A program made the position numbers and the translations under genes. DNA of 64,000 nucleotides from positions 288,001 to 352,000 of the forward strand of contig CAVUDP010000004.1 in NCBI GenBank assembly GCA_963740315.1, given 5' to 3'. Below the pieces are notes generated by a model. The model was not told the DNA's origin and made no database searches. It was given only the letters and a program-made list of their open reading frames with translations. Within the stretch, counting starts at the first letter, position 1. Every line of letters starts with the position of its first letter. This document shows, piece by piece, positions 41,574 to 53,114 of the stretch. The stretch comes from an uncultured cyanobacterium (lineage in GTDB: Bacteria; Cyanobacteriota; Cyanobacteriia; Cyanobacteriales; Nostocaceae).

Positions 41574-43952
41574 ATGTTACCGCATGATTTTTTAACTGAT
41601 ATGGCTCGTAAGTACGAGCTTTCACCAGAACAAGAGAAAACTTTTATTGCTTTATTGGGTAGTAGAAGTACGCCGAAGCAAGTCGCAGAAAAACTATATA
41701 TCTCTGAAAGTGCGTTCAGAACTAGAATGACCAATATTTATAAAAAGTTTAGTATCAATGGCAAAGTTACAGGTAAAGAAACGAAATTGCTCAATTGGCT
41801 TACTACTGAATTTAGCAAAACAAAGAATTTAGCAACTGTGAACTCTGAGTTTACGGAAAAGCAGATAGATGATTTGGTTGAACAATTGCGATCGCAATTT
41901 TATGAAAGGATTGAACAACGCTGTGGAACTATGCGGGTACTAGATATGACACAGCCTATTAGCTTGAATAATATCTATACAGATGTCAACATTTTAGAGA
42001 AAATCACAGGGCGTAGACGGTTAGAAATAGCTAAACTACAACAAAATTTTGATCTAGAATTTCACAACTTTAACCGCTATGGATTAACTGAGGTTACACA
42101 AAAGCGAGTACCAGGCTTAGAAGCAGTAAAAAATAACTCTAAGCTAATGGTACTAGGTAAGCCCGGAGCAGGTAAAACAACATTTTTAAAATATTTAGCT
42201 ATTCAATGTATAAGAAGTGAATTGGAGGCAAATCGAGTGCCAATTTTTATAACACTTAAAGAGTTTGCTGAAACCCCTAATCACCCTAATTTTTCTGAAT
42301 TTCTTACTCAAACATTTGTTAACAATAAGATTAACTCTGCTCAAGTAGATAATTTACTAAAACAAGGTAGAATATTTTTTTGTCTTGATGGTTTAGATGA
42401 AGTCAGAGAAGAGGATATACAGCGAGTATTAAGACAAATAAAAATTTTATTTAAATATTATAAAAATCAATTTATTATCACTTGTCGTATTGCAGCTAGA
42501 GAATACACTTTTGAAGAATTTACAGAAGTAGAAGTAGCCGATTTTGATGATAAGCAGATTCGGATATTTGTAGATAAGTGGTTTAATACTAAAGAATTGG
42601 AGCTAGCTGATAAATTTATTAACCAACTTCAAAAAAATAAACAAATAAAAGAATTAGCTACAAATCCCTTACTACTGACATTACTATGCTTAGAATTTGA
42701 AGATTCAGGTGATTTTCCTGCTGAACGTGCAGAATTGTATAAAAGAGCAACCCATACATTATTAAGAAAATGGGATGCAAAACGTGGAATTGTTAGAGAA
42801 CAAGTTTATAAGAAGCTATCTGTTCAGCGCAAAGAAGATTTACTCAGTCAAGTTGCTTTTACTACATTTGAGAATAAAAATTATTTTTTCAAACAAAAAG
42901 ATATTGAAAGATATATTGCTGATTATATTCGTAATTTACCAGATGCAAAAACAGATTCAAAAGCACTAGAGCTTGATAGTGAAGCCGTTCTCAAATCAAT
43001 TGAAGCTCAACATGGGCTATTTGTAGAACGAGCAAGAGAAATTTACTCATTTTCCCATTTAACATTTCAAGAGTATTTCACCGCTAGAAAAATTGTTAAT
43101 AGCTGTAATCCATATGCAATAGATGATAAAACTTTGCTAAGTCTGGCTAGCCATATTACTGAATATAGATGGCAAGAAGTTTTTTTAATGACAGTTGAGA
43201 TGTTGCCAAGTGCAGACTGTTTATTACTATTGATGAAAAAGCAGGTTGATGAACTTTTAGCTAAGGATGATAAATTTCAACAATATTTAGTATGGCTAAA
43301 AGATAAATCTCTTTCTGTCACAGATAATTATAAACCAGGCGGTGTTCGTATTTTTTATTACTTATGTGATACAGAAGTTTGTATTCCTCAATTCAATATT
43401 GATCCATCGTTAGAACGTATTTTATGTCCAATTGATGATTCGGCAAAAGACTCTATAGCTTTTCCTACTTATACTAAGAATCTTATATTAGATTTTTGTT
43501 TAATGATGACTTTGATGAATTCATCTATAATGAATCCCACTTACAATCTTGAAAACAAAAGTGAAAGTATTAGCAAAAGTTTATATTCTTCTTTTTTATC
43601 AAGTCTTAACCGTACATTTGAGCCTAAACTAAAAAAAGCATTACAAAATATGAGCGATGATTTACCTAATCCGGAAGTGGATAAAGATAAATTTTGCATA
43701 TGGTGGAAAGTTAATGGTCAGCAGTGGACTAAACTTTTAAGAGAAATTATGATTGAACATCGCAATATTGGTTATGATTGGCAGTTCAATAAAGAACAAC
43801 AGGATTTATTACATAAATACTGTTTTGCTAATAAGGTAATAGTAGACTGCCTAAATAGTGATTCCTATATAACTCCTAAAGTCCGTTCTTATATCGAAGA
43901 AACTTTACTTCTACCCATAGCCGAAATAGAAAAGCACAAACTAAACAACTAA
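41574..43952 (+). CDS. NACHT-family STAND NTPase with N-terminal HTH and C-terminal helical domain
   Basis: HTH (PKQVAEKLYISESAFRTRMTNIYKKF), Walker A GKPGAGKTT, Walker B LDGLDE, ITCR, NPLLL, FSHLTFQEY, tail HRNIGYDWQF...LLLP. Confidence 0.92.
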   Translation: MLPHDFLTDMARKYELSPEQEKTFIALLGSRSTPKQVAEKLYISESAFRTRMTNIYKKFSINGKVTGKETKLLNWLTTEFSKTKNLATVNSEFTEKQIDDLVEQLRSQFYERIEQRCGTMRVLDMTQPISLNNIYTDVNILEKITGRRRLEIAKLQQNFDLEFHNFNRYGLTEVTQKRVPGLEAVKNNSKLMVLGKPGAGKTTFLKYLAIQCIRSELEANRVPIFITLKEFAETPNHPNFSEFLTQTFVNNKINSAQVDNLLKQGRIFFCLDGLDEVREEDIQRVLRQIKILFKYYKNQFIITCRIAAREYTFEEFTEVEVADFDDKQIRIFVDKWFNTKELELADKFINQLQKNKQIKELATNPLLLTLLCLEFEDSGDFPAERAELYKRATHTLLRKWDAKRGIVREQVYKKLSVQRKEDLLSQVAFTTFENKNYFFKQKDIERYIADYIRNLPDAKTDSKALELDSEAVLKSIEAQHGLFVERAREIYSFSHLTFQEYFTARKIVNSCNPYAIDDKTLLSLASHITEYRWQEVFLMTVEMLPSADCLLLLMKKQVDELLAKDDKFQQYLVWLKDKSLSVTDNYKPGGVRIFYYLCDTEVCIPQFNIDPSLERILCPIDDSAKDSIAFPTYTKNLILDFCLMMTLMNSSIMNPTYNLENKSESISKSLYSSFLSSLNRTFEPKLKKALQNMSDDLPNPEVDKDKFCIWWKVNGQQWTKLLREIMIEHRNIGYDWQFNKEQQDLLHKYCFANKVIVDCLNSDSYITPKVRSYIEETLLLPIAEIEKHKLNN

Positions 43953-43971
43953 GTAAAATTTAAAACAAACG

Positions 43972-44319
43972 TCAACCCACAGCAAAATCACTAAACTTTC
44001 GCATAAACGGTGTATGAAATCCCAACACAATATCTTCTCTAGATACACCTTTTTCAATTAATTCAGCAGCAATATCATCTTCCGTACCGTTCCACTGAAT
44101 CCAAATCTTGCCATTTTTAATATCTAAGTGCATTACCGGACCATAAACTCTGTTACCTTTTTTATCCCATCCCACATAAATTAGCTGATAATGGTCGCGC
44201 ACTGTGTCAAAAATGGTTTGCATTTCTAATTCATTGTCGGGATTCTGCGATGTTTTACTTTCAGCATAATCTGTTAATAAACTTTGGACATATCCTCGAT
44301 ATTTGTCTAATTTTTCCAT
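43972..44319 (-). CDS. xisI: XisI family protein
   Basis: FDTVRDHYQL..VGW, HLDIKNGKIWIQ..GTE, DIVLGF. Confidence 0.92.
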   Translation of the reverse strand: MEKLDKYRGYVQSLLTDYAESKTSQNPDNELEMQTIFDTVRDHYQLIYVGWDKKGNRVYGPVMHLDIKNGKIWIQWNGTEDDIAAELIEKGVSREDIVLGFHTPFMRKFSDFAVG

Positions 44320-44725
44320 TGCACAATCTCCTGTTTTTCTGGATTAAAAACTAGCAAATTAACGCTACTGCGTTGAATCACCGATCGAACAAAAGGCATA
44401 GTAAAAAAGTTGTCATAAGTCTTCAATGGTACAGCTAAATATAAAATTCTTTGAGCTTCAAAATCTTCCAATGCATAGCGATAATTAATGAATTATCCAA
44501 AGCCGTATGAAATTCTGAAAGATTAGAAGCACCTAAAAAGCTTTTTACTTCTACTGCAATTTTGTCTCCTTCTCTGTCTGCCACTATTAGTTTTTCTGCG
44601 GCTAAATCAATATACATATTTGTAATACGGTCAATCGGAACACGTAGTGGGTCATCTGTAATTACCCACCCATCCTTTTGCAGCGCAGTTTTGACCACAT
44701 CATGAAATTTATCTTTGGCTGACAT
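44307..44725 (-). pseudogene. xisH: XisH family protein, frameshifted near 44498
   Basis: MSAKDKFHDVVKTALQKDGW, IAVEVKSF, FHTAL; the expected continuation FINYRYALE..RILYLAVP...QEIVQWKN* lies in another frame and overlaps the xisI start. Confidence 0.85.
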
Positions 44726-45151
44726 ACTACTCTATTAGGAGTTGATATAAATGTTCTAACTATTTTTTAATCAAAACTTAACGAATGCTCCTTAATATTT
44801 AACTAGTCATTATATATTTTAAAATTCTAAGGGTTGATTGCATAGAAATTTTCTAGGAGTTTCTAAGAGACTGTGTATTAACAATGCTCACTTCATGCAA
44901 TACCACCACGAACATTTATTTCTCTCATGGTTGCAAAATCAGAAACCACCATTTATTCCACCAAAAATATGCTTCCAGAATTAAACCCCCATCTTCACAA
45001 AACAACAAAACATTTAAAGAAAATTACTAATTGCTAACTGTTCACTGCTCACTGCTCACTGGTTAATGAAAAAACAGCCGCCTCCAAGAGACAACTGTTC
45101 ATAAAAATATGAGGTTTTATTTAACTAACTTTTCAGTAAGCTTTACTCAAC

Positions 45152-46792
<1,641 letters not shown>

Positions 46793-46894
46793 CTATTTGT
46801 ACCTTTCGCTTACTTTCTTTAAAAAATGTTGTTATTTATTGCTTATTAGTTGCCGTTGACTAGCAACTAACAACTAACGACCAACCACTAACTG

Positions 46895-47206
46895 CTAACT
46901 AACAATCGCTAGAATATCTTTCTCAGAAAGGAGTACGTACTCGTCGGTACCCAACTTGATATCGGTGCCAGCATACTTGGAGTAAAGAACTCTGTCTCCG
47001 ACCTTTACATCCATCGACTGACGACTACCGTCATCCTTGATCTTACCGTCGCCTACTGCTACTACTTCACCTACTTGGGGCTTTTCTTTTGCAGTATCGG
47101 GCAAGTACAGACCACCAGCGGTCTTTTCTTCCGATGCGTTTACTTTTACGAAAACGCGCTCGCCCAAGGGTTTTACTGTAGAAACGCTTAGAGATACAGC
47201 TGCCAT
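46895..47206 (-). CDS. groES: Co-chaperonin GroES
   Basis: [30 protein letters not shown]. Confidence 0.99.
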   Translation of the reverse strand: MAAVSLSVSTVKPLGERVFVKVNASEEKTAGGLYLPDTAKEKPQVGEVVAVGDGKIKDDGSRQSMDVKVGDRVLYSKYAGTDIKLGTDEYVLLSEKDILAIVS

Positions 47207-47222
47207 AACTTTTATTGCCTCT

Positions 47223-47249
47223 TTAGCACTCTCGACTCCTGAGTGCTAA
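47223..47249. promoter_or_regulatory. CIRCE element (HrcA operator)
   Basis: Exact TTAGCACTC-N9-GAGTGCTAA; abuts a minus-strand TTGCCA-N18-TAAATT promoter. Confidence 0.97.
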
Positions 47250-47288
47250 TTTAGCGAAACTGGAGGTGCAATGGCAATATTTACCTTA

Positions 47289-47304
47289 GTACGGGTTCCC
47301 GAAC
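47289..47304 (-). promoter_or_regulatory. K-box of cyanobacterial groESL promoter
   Basis: Minus strand GTTCGG-GAAC-CCGTAC fits GTTCGG-NNAN-CCNNAC, just upstream of the -35. Confidence 0.8.
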
Positions 47305-48268
47305 TCAGTTAAAAGTAGATTCACTTAAGTATAAATGCTCAATTTCTCATAGAGTTTCGGGTTTCATGCAACTTCCGAAGAAGAGTTTGATATGGTCTGC
47401 CATTATTTGCCAAGCCAAGAAATTGTTATAGAACAGCAAAAAGATGCCTTTTTATGCGTGATGATGCAGTGTTTCCTTCGAGGGTTCAAGTGCCAAAAAC
47501 TACTTGTCTTGTAGCTCAAAAACCCTTAATAAACTATATAGAAAGTATAGGGTTGTCACAAATTCGACAACGTGTCTTTCTATGGGTTTTAGCTTTAATT
47601 ACTATTTGGTTGCGCTGCATTAAAGCTGATTTTAGTTTTTGAAATACTTGAAAAAGTGACTATTTAAGCTCAAAATGGACTCTGTACAAGTGGAAGATGT
47701 GACGGCAGTTTCTTTAGAACAAAAACTAACTACTTGCGGGAGCGGTTGTTTTAGACCAATAATAGGATCTTACCCCCGTATTTATTTGTGGTAGCTACTC
47801 CTTTATCCCCCAAGTAATTGAACGCGTTATTTCCGAACGCGCAATCAGCTTACAAAGACAGCAAGCTATTCGATACTTTTTTGTTCGTTCCTTACCATAA
47901 AGCTTCCCTAAATAAGAAATAAAATCTTAAAGTTAAAGGGAAGCATTCAGTCGGATACGTAAAAGCAAAATATTGAGATAGGCGCGGGTTATTTTAACAA
48001 GAGGTATGTTCGCCCAATACTCCACTTGTTAACCTTAAAGATTATTATTTCATGGAATGTTTTTAGCCCGCACCTTTCAAAGCGATATATAATAGCGCAT
48101 TATAAATACTATTGCTCTACGTATCTTTACTGTGCTTTTGAAATTGATAGTGAAATTTCAATGGAGGGGATAATCTCCTTTGAGAGTTCCACTAATATAA
48201 GGGCAAGGTAAGAGGGAAAAAGGGACAACATCTCAATCATCCACCAATTAGGATAACTATTCAAGACC

Positions 48269-48949
48269 TTGATGGATCTACGCGCGACAAGTGCCACTGC
48301 TATGAAAGAACCCAGCATGAAAGATCATAAACGCTTACTGCTTATAGATGATGATCCCAATCTCATCTTGCTGGTAAAAGACTACTTGGAATTCCGAGGA
48401 TATGAAGTCGTTACTGCCGAAAATGGTCGGGAAGCTCTGGAAATATTAGAGCTAGACATTCCAGACATGATTATTTGCGACGTGATGATGCCGGAAATGG
48501 ACGGTTACACCTTTGTAGAGCAAGTCCGACAAACTGAACGCACCAGTTGGATACCTGTTCTCTTCCTTTCTGCAAAGGGACAAAGCGCAGACAGAGTGAA
48601 AGGTTTGAATAAAGGTGCTGATGTATATATGGTCAAGCCCTTTGAACCAGAAGAACTCGTAGCCCAAGTTGAATCCTCGCTCAAACAAACGATTCGTTGG
48701 AAGGAACATCAAGCTAAAGGAGGCGAGAACGGCTCGCGCATCCAAGTACCCTTTGATGTCCAGCTAACTCCAACAGAACTAAAAGTAGTGCAGTTTGTGG
48801 CTAGAGGTATGGCTAACAGAGAAATTGCTGAAGAATTAAACGTTTCTCAGCGTACCGTTGAAAGCCACGTTTCCAATATGTTGGGTAAAACCAACCTCCA
48901 CAATCGCACCGAATTAGCTCGTTGGGCAATTGAAAATCAAATGGCGTAA
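48269..48949 (+). CDS. NarL/LuxR-family response regulator (true start may be ATG 48302 or 48317)
   Basis: LLLIDDD, CDVMMPEMDG, KPF; HTH LTPTELKV...NREIAEELNVSQRTVESHV. Confidence 0.93.
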   Translation: MMDLRATSATAMKEPSMKDHKRLLLIDDDPNLILLVKDYLEFRGYEVVTAENGREALEILELDIPDMIICDVMMPEMDGYTFVEQVRQTERTSWIPVLFLSAKGQSADRVKGLNKGADVYMVKPFEPEELVAQVESSLKQTIRWKEHQAKGGENGSRIQVPFDVQLTPTELKVVQFVARGMANREIAEELNVSQRTVESHVSNMLGKTNLHNRTELARWAIENQMA

Positions 48950-49183
48950 AACCCATTTTGGATTTTGCACAAAGCTAAGCCAGTCCTTTACTTGGAGTCT
49001 ATCCAACTAGAGGAACTGGCGTGGGGGTGTAGATATTCTTCCCCCCATTTCCTGGACAGTTATCAGTGAGCAGTAACCAGTGACCAGTTACCAGTTACCA
49101 TTAGTTTACTAATTGGGTATAGTTCCGGAGGGAAGACTGGGTTTAAGTCCCCCGTTCAAAGCTAATTTATAATTGATAACTGG

Positions 49184-49981
49184 TTACTGCTCGCCGATCG
49201 CCGTCTTACGTTCCACGATTTCTTTTAAAACCAGGGTTACGAAGCCCAAACAAGCAAGTAACACCGCAGCAGCAAACGCCGTTTCCGTTTCATACTGCTT
49301 ATAAGCTTGCTCCACAAACAGCGGTAAAGTTTGAGTTTTACGAATAATATTGCCAGATACGACAGATATCGCCCCAAATTCACCCATTGCTCTAGCATTC
49401 GTCAAAATTAAGCCATAAAGCAAACCCCAGCGGATATTTGGTAAAGTTACCCGCCAAAAAGTTTGCCACTGACTGGCACCCAAAGTACTTGCAGCTTCCT
49501 CTTGAGAAGAACCGATTTCCTCTAAAACCGGGATCACTTCCCGCGCCACAAAAGGCATCGTCACAAAAGCTGTTGCTAAAACCATTCCTGGAAAAGCGAA
49601 AATAACCTTAAAATTAATCGCTGCCAATATGCCGCCAAACCAACCATTCTTCCCGTAAAGCAAAATCATCATTAAACCAGCAACCACCGGCGAAACCGAA
49701 AAAGGGACATCCAAAATACTCATTACAAAAGCCCTTCCGGGGAAACGATTGCGAGCCAGAACCCACGCCGCACAAAGTCCGAAGATCGCATTTATAGGTA
49801 CCACAATCAAAGCAATAAGTAAAGTAAGTCCCACAGCGCTCACGAAATCATCAGTTGTCAAATAGCTGAAAAATGTCCCAATACCACCCTTAAAAGCTTG
49901 ATAAAACACATTTACTGCCGGGAGAAATAATACCAATCCCAAGTAAGTGATAGCACTGATGATTAAAAGTTTTTTAGCCAT
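49184..49981 (-). CDS. cysW: Sulfate ABC transporter permease CysW
   Basis: PFSVSPVVAG, PFVAREVIP, PNIRWGLLYG, ARAMGEFGA. Confidence 0.95.
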   Translation of the reverse strand: MAKKLLIISAITYLGLVLFLPAVNVFYQAFKGGIGTFFSYLTTDDFVSAVGLTLLIALIVVPINAIFGLCAAWVLARNRFPGRAFVMSILDVPFSVSPVVAGLMMILLYGKNGWFGGILAAINFKVIFAFPGMVLATAFVTMPFVAREVIPVLEEIGSSQEEAASTLGASQWQTFWRVTLPNIRWGLLYGLILTNARAMGEFGAISVVSGNIIRKTQTLPLFVEQAYKQYETETAFAAAVLLACLGFVTLVLKEIVERKTAIGEQ

Positions 49982-50141
49982 AATTAAATAGTAGTTAAAA
50001 GTTAGAAATTAACAGTCGTTGGTAATTGGTAATTGATAATTGGTAATTGGTAATTGGTAATTGGTAATTGATCGCTGGTAACAAGTTACTGGTAACAAGT
50101 TACTGTTCACTGTTAACTGCTCACTGTTCACTGTTCACTGT

Positions 50142-50981
50142 TCACTGATACCTTTTTCCCCAAGCTTGTAATAAGTTAATTAAGAATAAAATTAACAGAG
50201 AAAATCCTAAAAGTACGGTACCAATTACCGTTGCACCGGCGTAATCATATTGTTCCAAACGTTGAAAAATTAACACCGATGCAATTAAATCTTTGAAAGG
50301 AATATTTGAAGAGACAATTACAATCGAACCGTATTCTCCTACAGCGCGAGAAAATCCTAAAGCTATTCCCGTTAACAAAGCTGGAAACAAAGGTGGAAAA
50401 ACTACCCGCCAAAAAGTTTGAAATCTTGACGCTCCTAAACTCCAAGCTGCTTCTTCTATATCATGTTCCATTTCTTGCAACACTGGCTGCAATGCTCGCA
50501 CGATAAACGGTAGCGAAATGAACAGCATCGCCACCAAAACACCAAGACGGGTAAAAGCAATTTTAATGCCAAAGGGTGCAAGTAAAGAACCAATCCAACC
50601 GTTCTCCGAGTAAACATTGGCTAATGTTAAACCTGCTACCGCCGTGGGTAAAGCAAAAGGTAGATCGATCGCCGCATCCATCAGACGCTTCAGCGGAAAG
50701 TCATATCTCACAAGCACCCAAGCAATTAATAAACCAAACCCACCATTAACCGCAGCCGCAAACAATGCCGTAGTAAAAGTGACATTGTAAGCAGAAAGTG
50801 CGATCGGGCTAGTAGCAATTCGCCAAAATTCGCTTAAACCCACCTGAGAAGCCTGCAAAAACAACGCCGTCACCGGAAGCAACAGCATAATAGTCAGATA
50901 ACCAATCGTAATTCCCCAAGGCAAAGAGAATTGAGGAATTTTCGATTTTCTATTTTGAATTCGAGATTGTGCAACAGCCAT
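50142..50981 (-). CDS. cysT: Sulfate ABC transporter permease CysT
   Basis: WVLVRYDFP, DLPFALPTAVAG, FSRAVGEYGS, LEQYDYAGA. Confidence 0.95.
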   Translation of the reverse strand: MAVAQSRIQNRKSKIPQFSLPWGITIGYLTIMLLLPVTALFLQASQVGLSEFWRIATSPIALSAYNVTFTTALFAAAVNGGFGLLIAWVLVRYDFPLKRLMDAAIDLPFALPTAVAGLTLANVYSENGWIGSLLAPFGIKIAFTRLGVLVAMLFISLPFIVRALQPVLQEMEHDIEEAAWSLGASRFQTFWRVVFPPLFPALLTGIALGFSRAVGEYGSIVIVSSNIPFKDLIASVLIFQRLEQYDYAGATVIGTVLLGFSLLILFLINLLQAWGKRYQ

Positions 50982-51022
50982 CAGTAATCAATTATCAATG
51001 AACAATTATCAATTATCAGATT

Positions 51023-51091
51023 GTAGGGTGTGTTACGGCACGAGATAATTTGATTAAAAAACTTTTATTTTGATACTGCCGTAACGCACCA
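51023..51091 (+). repeat. GTAG-tagged hairpin element
   Basis: GTAGGGTGTGTTACGGCA...TGCCGTAACGCACCA. Confidence 0.8.
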
Positions 51092-51186
51092 TCGTCTCTT
51101 AAAAAACCTTTCATAGGTCAGGGAATTTTTAATTCGCATTAGGTATTAATTAGGAATTAATATTTGTAACCTTTAACCTTTAACCT

Positions 51187-52269
51187 TTAACCTTTAACCT
51201 TTGACCTTTGACCTATTTTCTTCTGAATTTGGTCAAATGCAGCATTATCGGCAAAAAATTGTTTTTGAACTTTATCCCAACCGCCTAATTCTTTGACGGT
51301 AAATAAGGTTTTGACTGGGGGATATTTGGCGGCGAATTCTTGTTTTACAACTGGATTTACGGGGCGAAATCCTATTTTTGCAAATTCTCTCTGGGCTGCG
51401 GGGGTAAAAAGATATTTAACAAAGGCTTCTGCTACTTCTCTATTACCATGTTTATCTACGTTTGTATCAATTACTGCAACGGGATTTTCAATCCTAATAT
51501 TAGTTTCGGGGACAATATAATTACTGGGTTTACCTTTTAAACCAGCTAAAATCAATTCGTTTTCATAGTTAATTAAAACATCTCCTTGCCCTTGATTAAA
51601 AAATACATCGCTGGCTTCGCGGGCATCTCTTGGTAATATCGGTACCTGTTGATAAACTTTGCTGGTAAAATCTAATGCTTGGGCTTCTTTTGCGCCAGTT
51701 TCTATTTGGGAACCATATAAAGCCAGGAAATTCCACCGCGCCACACCGGAAGTTTTTGGGTTTGCGGTAATAATGCTAACGTTGTCTTTTGTTAAATCTT
51801 GCCAAGTTTTGATTTGTTTGGGATTACCTTTACGGGTTACTAAAGCGGCGACAGATTGAGTCACAATGCTATTATTGGGCGCTTCATTTTCCCATCCCGG
51901 TTGAATTAAACCAGCTTTGGCAATTTTTTGCATATCCAAAGCCAAAGCTAACTCCACCACATCAGCATCCAAACCATCAACTACAGCACGGGTTTGAGCG
52001 CCGGAAGCCCCATAGCTTTCGTAAAAACGCACGGTTTGATTGTGTTGCTGGTTCCATTCTTGCGCGAATTGCGGAATAATTTTTCTATAAGCTGGTTTGG
52101 TGACTGCATAGGAAACCAGCGTTAATTCTATGCGATCGCTATTTTGAGCATTTGACGCACTGCAAGATATCAGCGAAACGCTTAAGCTTAAACCTAATAA
52201 AAACAATAAAACAAAATTTTTGATTCCCCCTGTTTTCGTCAAGTGGGCAACGAAGCGCCACAGCCCCAT
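51187..52269 (-). CDS. sbp: Sulfate-binding periplasmic protein
   Basis: LVSYAVT, SYGASGAQTRAVVDGL, ANPKTSGVARWNFL, RDAREA, NYENE. Confidence 0.95.
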   Translation of the reverse strand: MGLWRFVAHLTKTGGIKNFVLLFLLGLSLSVSLISCSASNAQNSDRIELTLVSYAVTKPAYRKIIPQFAQEWNQQHNQTVRFYESYGASGAQTRAVVDGLDADVVELALALDMQKIAKAGLIQPGWENEAPNNSIVTQSVAALVTRKGNPKQIKTWQDLTKDNVSIITANPKTSGVARWNFLALYGSQIETGAKEAQALDFTSKVYQQVPILPRDAREASDVFFNQGQGDVLINYENELILAGLKGKPSNYIVPETNIRIENPVAVIDTNVDKHGNREVAEAFVKYLFTPAAQREFAKIGFRPVNPVVKQEFAAKYPPVKTLFTVKELGGWDKVQKQFFADNAAFDQIQKKIGQRSKVKG

Positions 52270-52570
52270 ATCAATGTCTCCCCTGAATCTACGGTTACTC
52301 GGTCAAGATACCGTATTTTATATTTTTTATCGTACAACATTATGGGGATGGGAAAAAATTTTGTTAGATAACCAACAATTATGTAGATAACTCCTCACTG
52401 CTACTCTCCCTATCTTTACTTCATACCGTTAATTACTTTTGTAATTGGTCATAAATAGAATCATAAATTTAAAAGACATCAGGATAAATCCTCAACATTT
52501 TCGGTATTTTACAGAATTTCCAAATTATCTATTTATCATCTAATGCAATTACGTTCTTTTAAAACTACTC

Positions 52571-52993
52571 ATGGAACCTTTAACAACTGGTGCGATCGCC
52601 TTACTTCTTTTTTTAGGTGAAAAGTTGATTGATTGGGGTATCAGCAAAGCTTACGATACGGCTTTTGAGGAACTTAAGACAATATCACCAGAAACAGCCG
52701 AAAAATTGGCGTTACCTCCGAAAGAACGAGAAAATATCGGCGAAGCGGTATTGGTTGAGATGGTGGAGGATACTGCTAAAAATCAACCGGAATTACAAGA
52801 AGCATTTGAAGTATTTGGTAAAGAAGTAGAAGCAAAAGCTAATAACAATACAGAATTAGCAACGGCTTTCAATCAGTTTGCTCAGAAATTAAAAACGCAA
52901 AATCCCACAATTGTTAATGAAAATTGGCAGGGAATAAATATTAAAGGTGGAAAAAATACTGTTAGTAATAACACTTTTACCTTCGGAAAATAA
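52571..52993 (+). CDS. Small helical protein with hydrophobic N-terminal helix and C-terminal N/G-rich motif (Bell/HeLo-like candidate NLR effector)
   Basis: MEPLTTGAIALLLFLGEK N-terminus; C-terminal NENWQGINIKGGKNTVSNNTFTF matches the N-terminus of the downstream NLR. Confidence 0.7.
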   Translation: MEPLTTGAIALLLFLGEKLIDWGISKAYDTAFEELKTISPETAEKLALPPKERENIGEAVLVEMVEDTAKNQPELQEAFEVFGKEVEAKANNNTELATAFNQFAQKLKTQNPTIVNENWQGINIKGGKNTVSNNTFTFGK

Positions 52994-53114
52994 AACGTTA
53001 ACTTGACGGCTATATTATTGACAACCGCCTTGGAATAAATTTCAAGGCAGGTTTTCAACGTTAATAACAATCGTGCAAAAAGTTAGTTAAAACCAATATC
53101 AAAATTAATTCAAA

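Noticed and set aside
43972..44725. Heterocyst excision element (fdxN-type)
   Set aside because: No recombinase or interrupted nif/fdxN/hup gene is present; xisH/xisI pairs are commonly dispersed.
47454..48318. Short ORFs between groES and the response regulator
   Set aside because: No motifs and mutually overlapping; more likely a long regulatory or UTR region.
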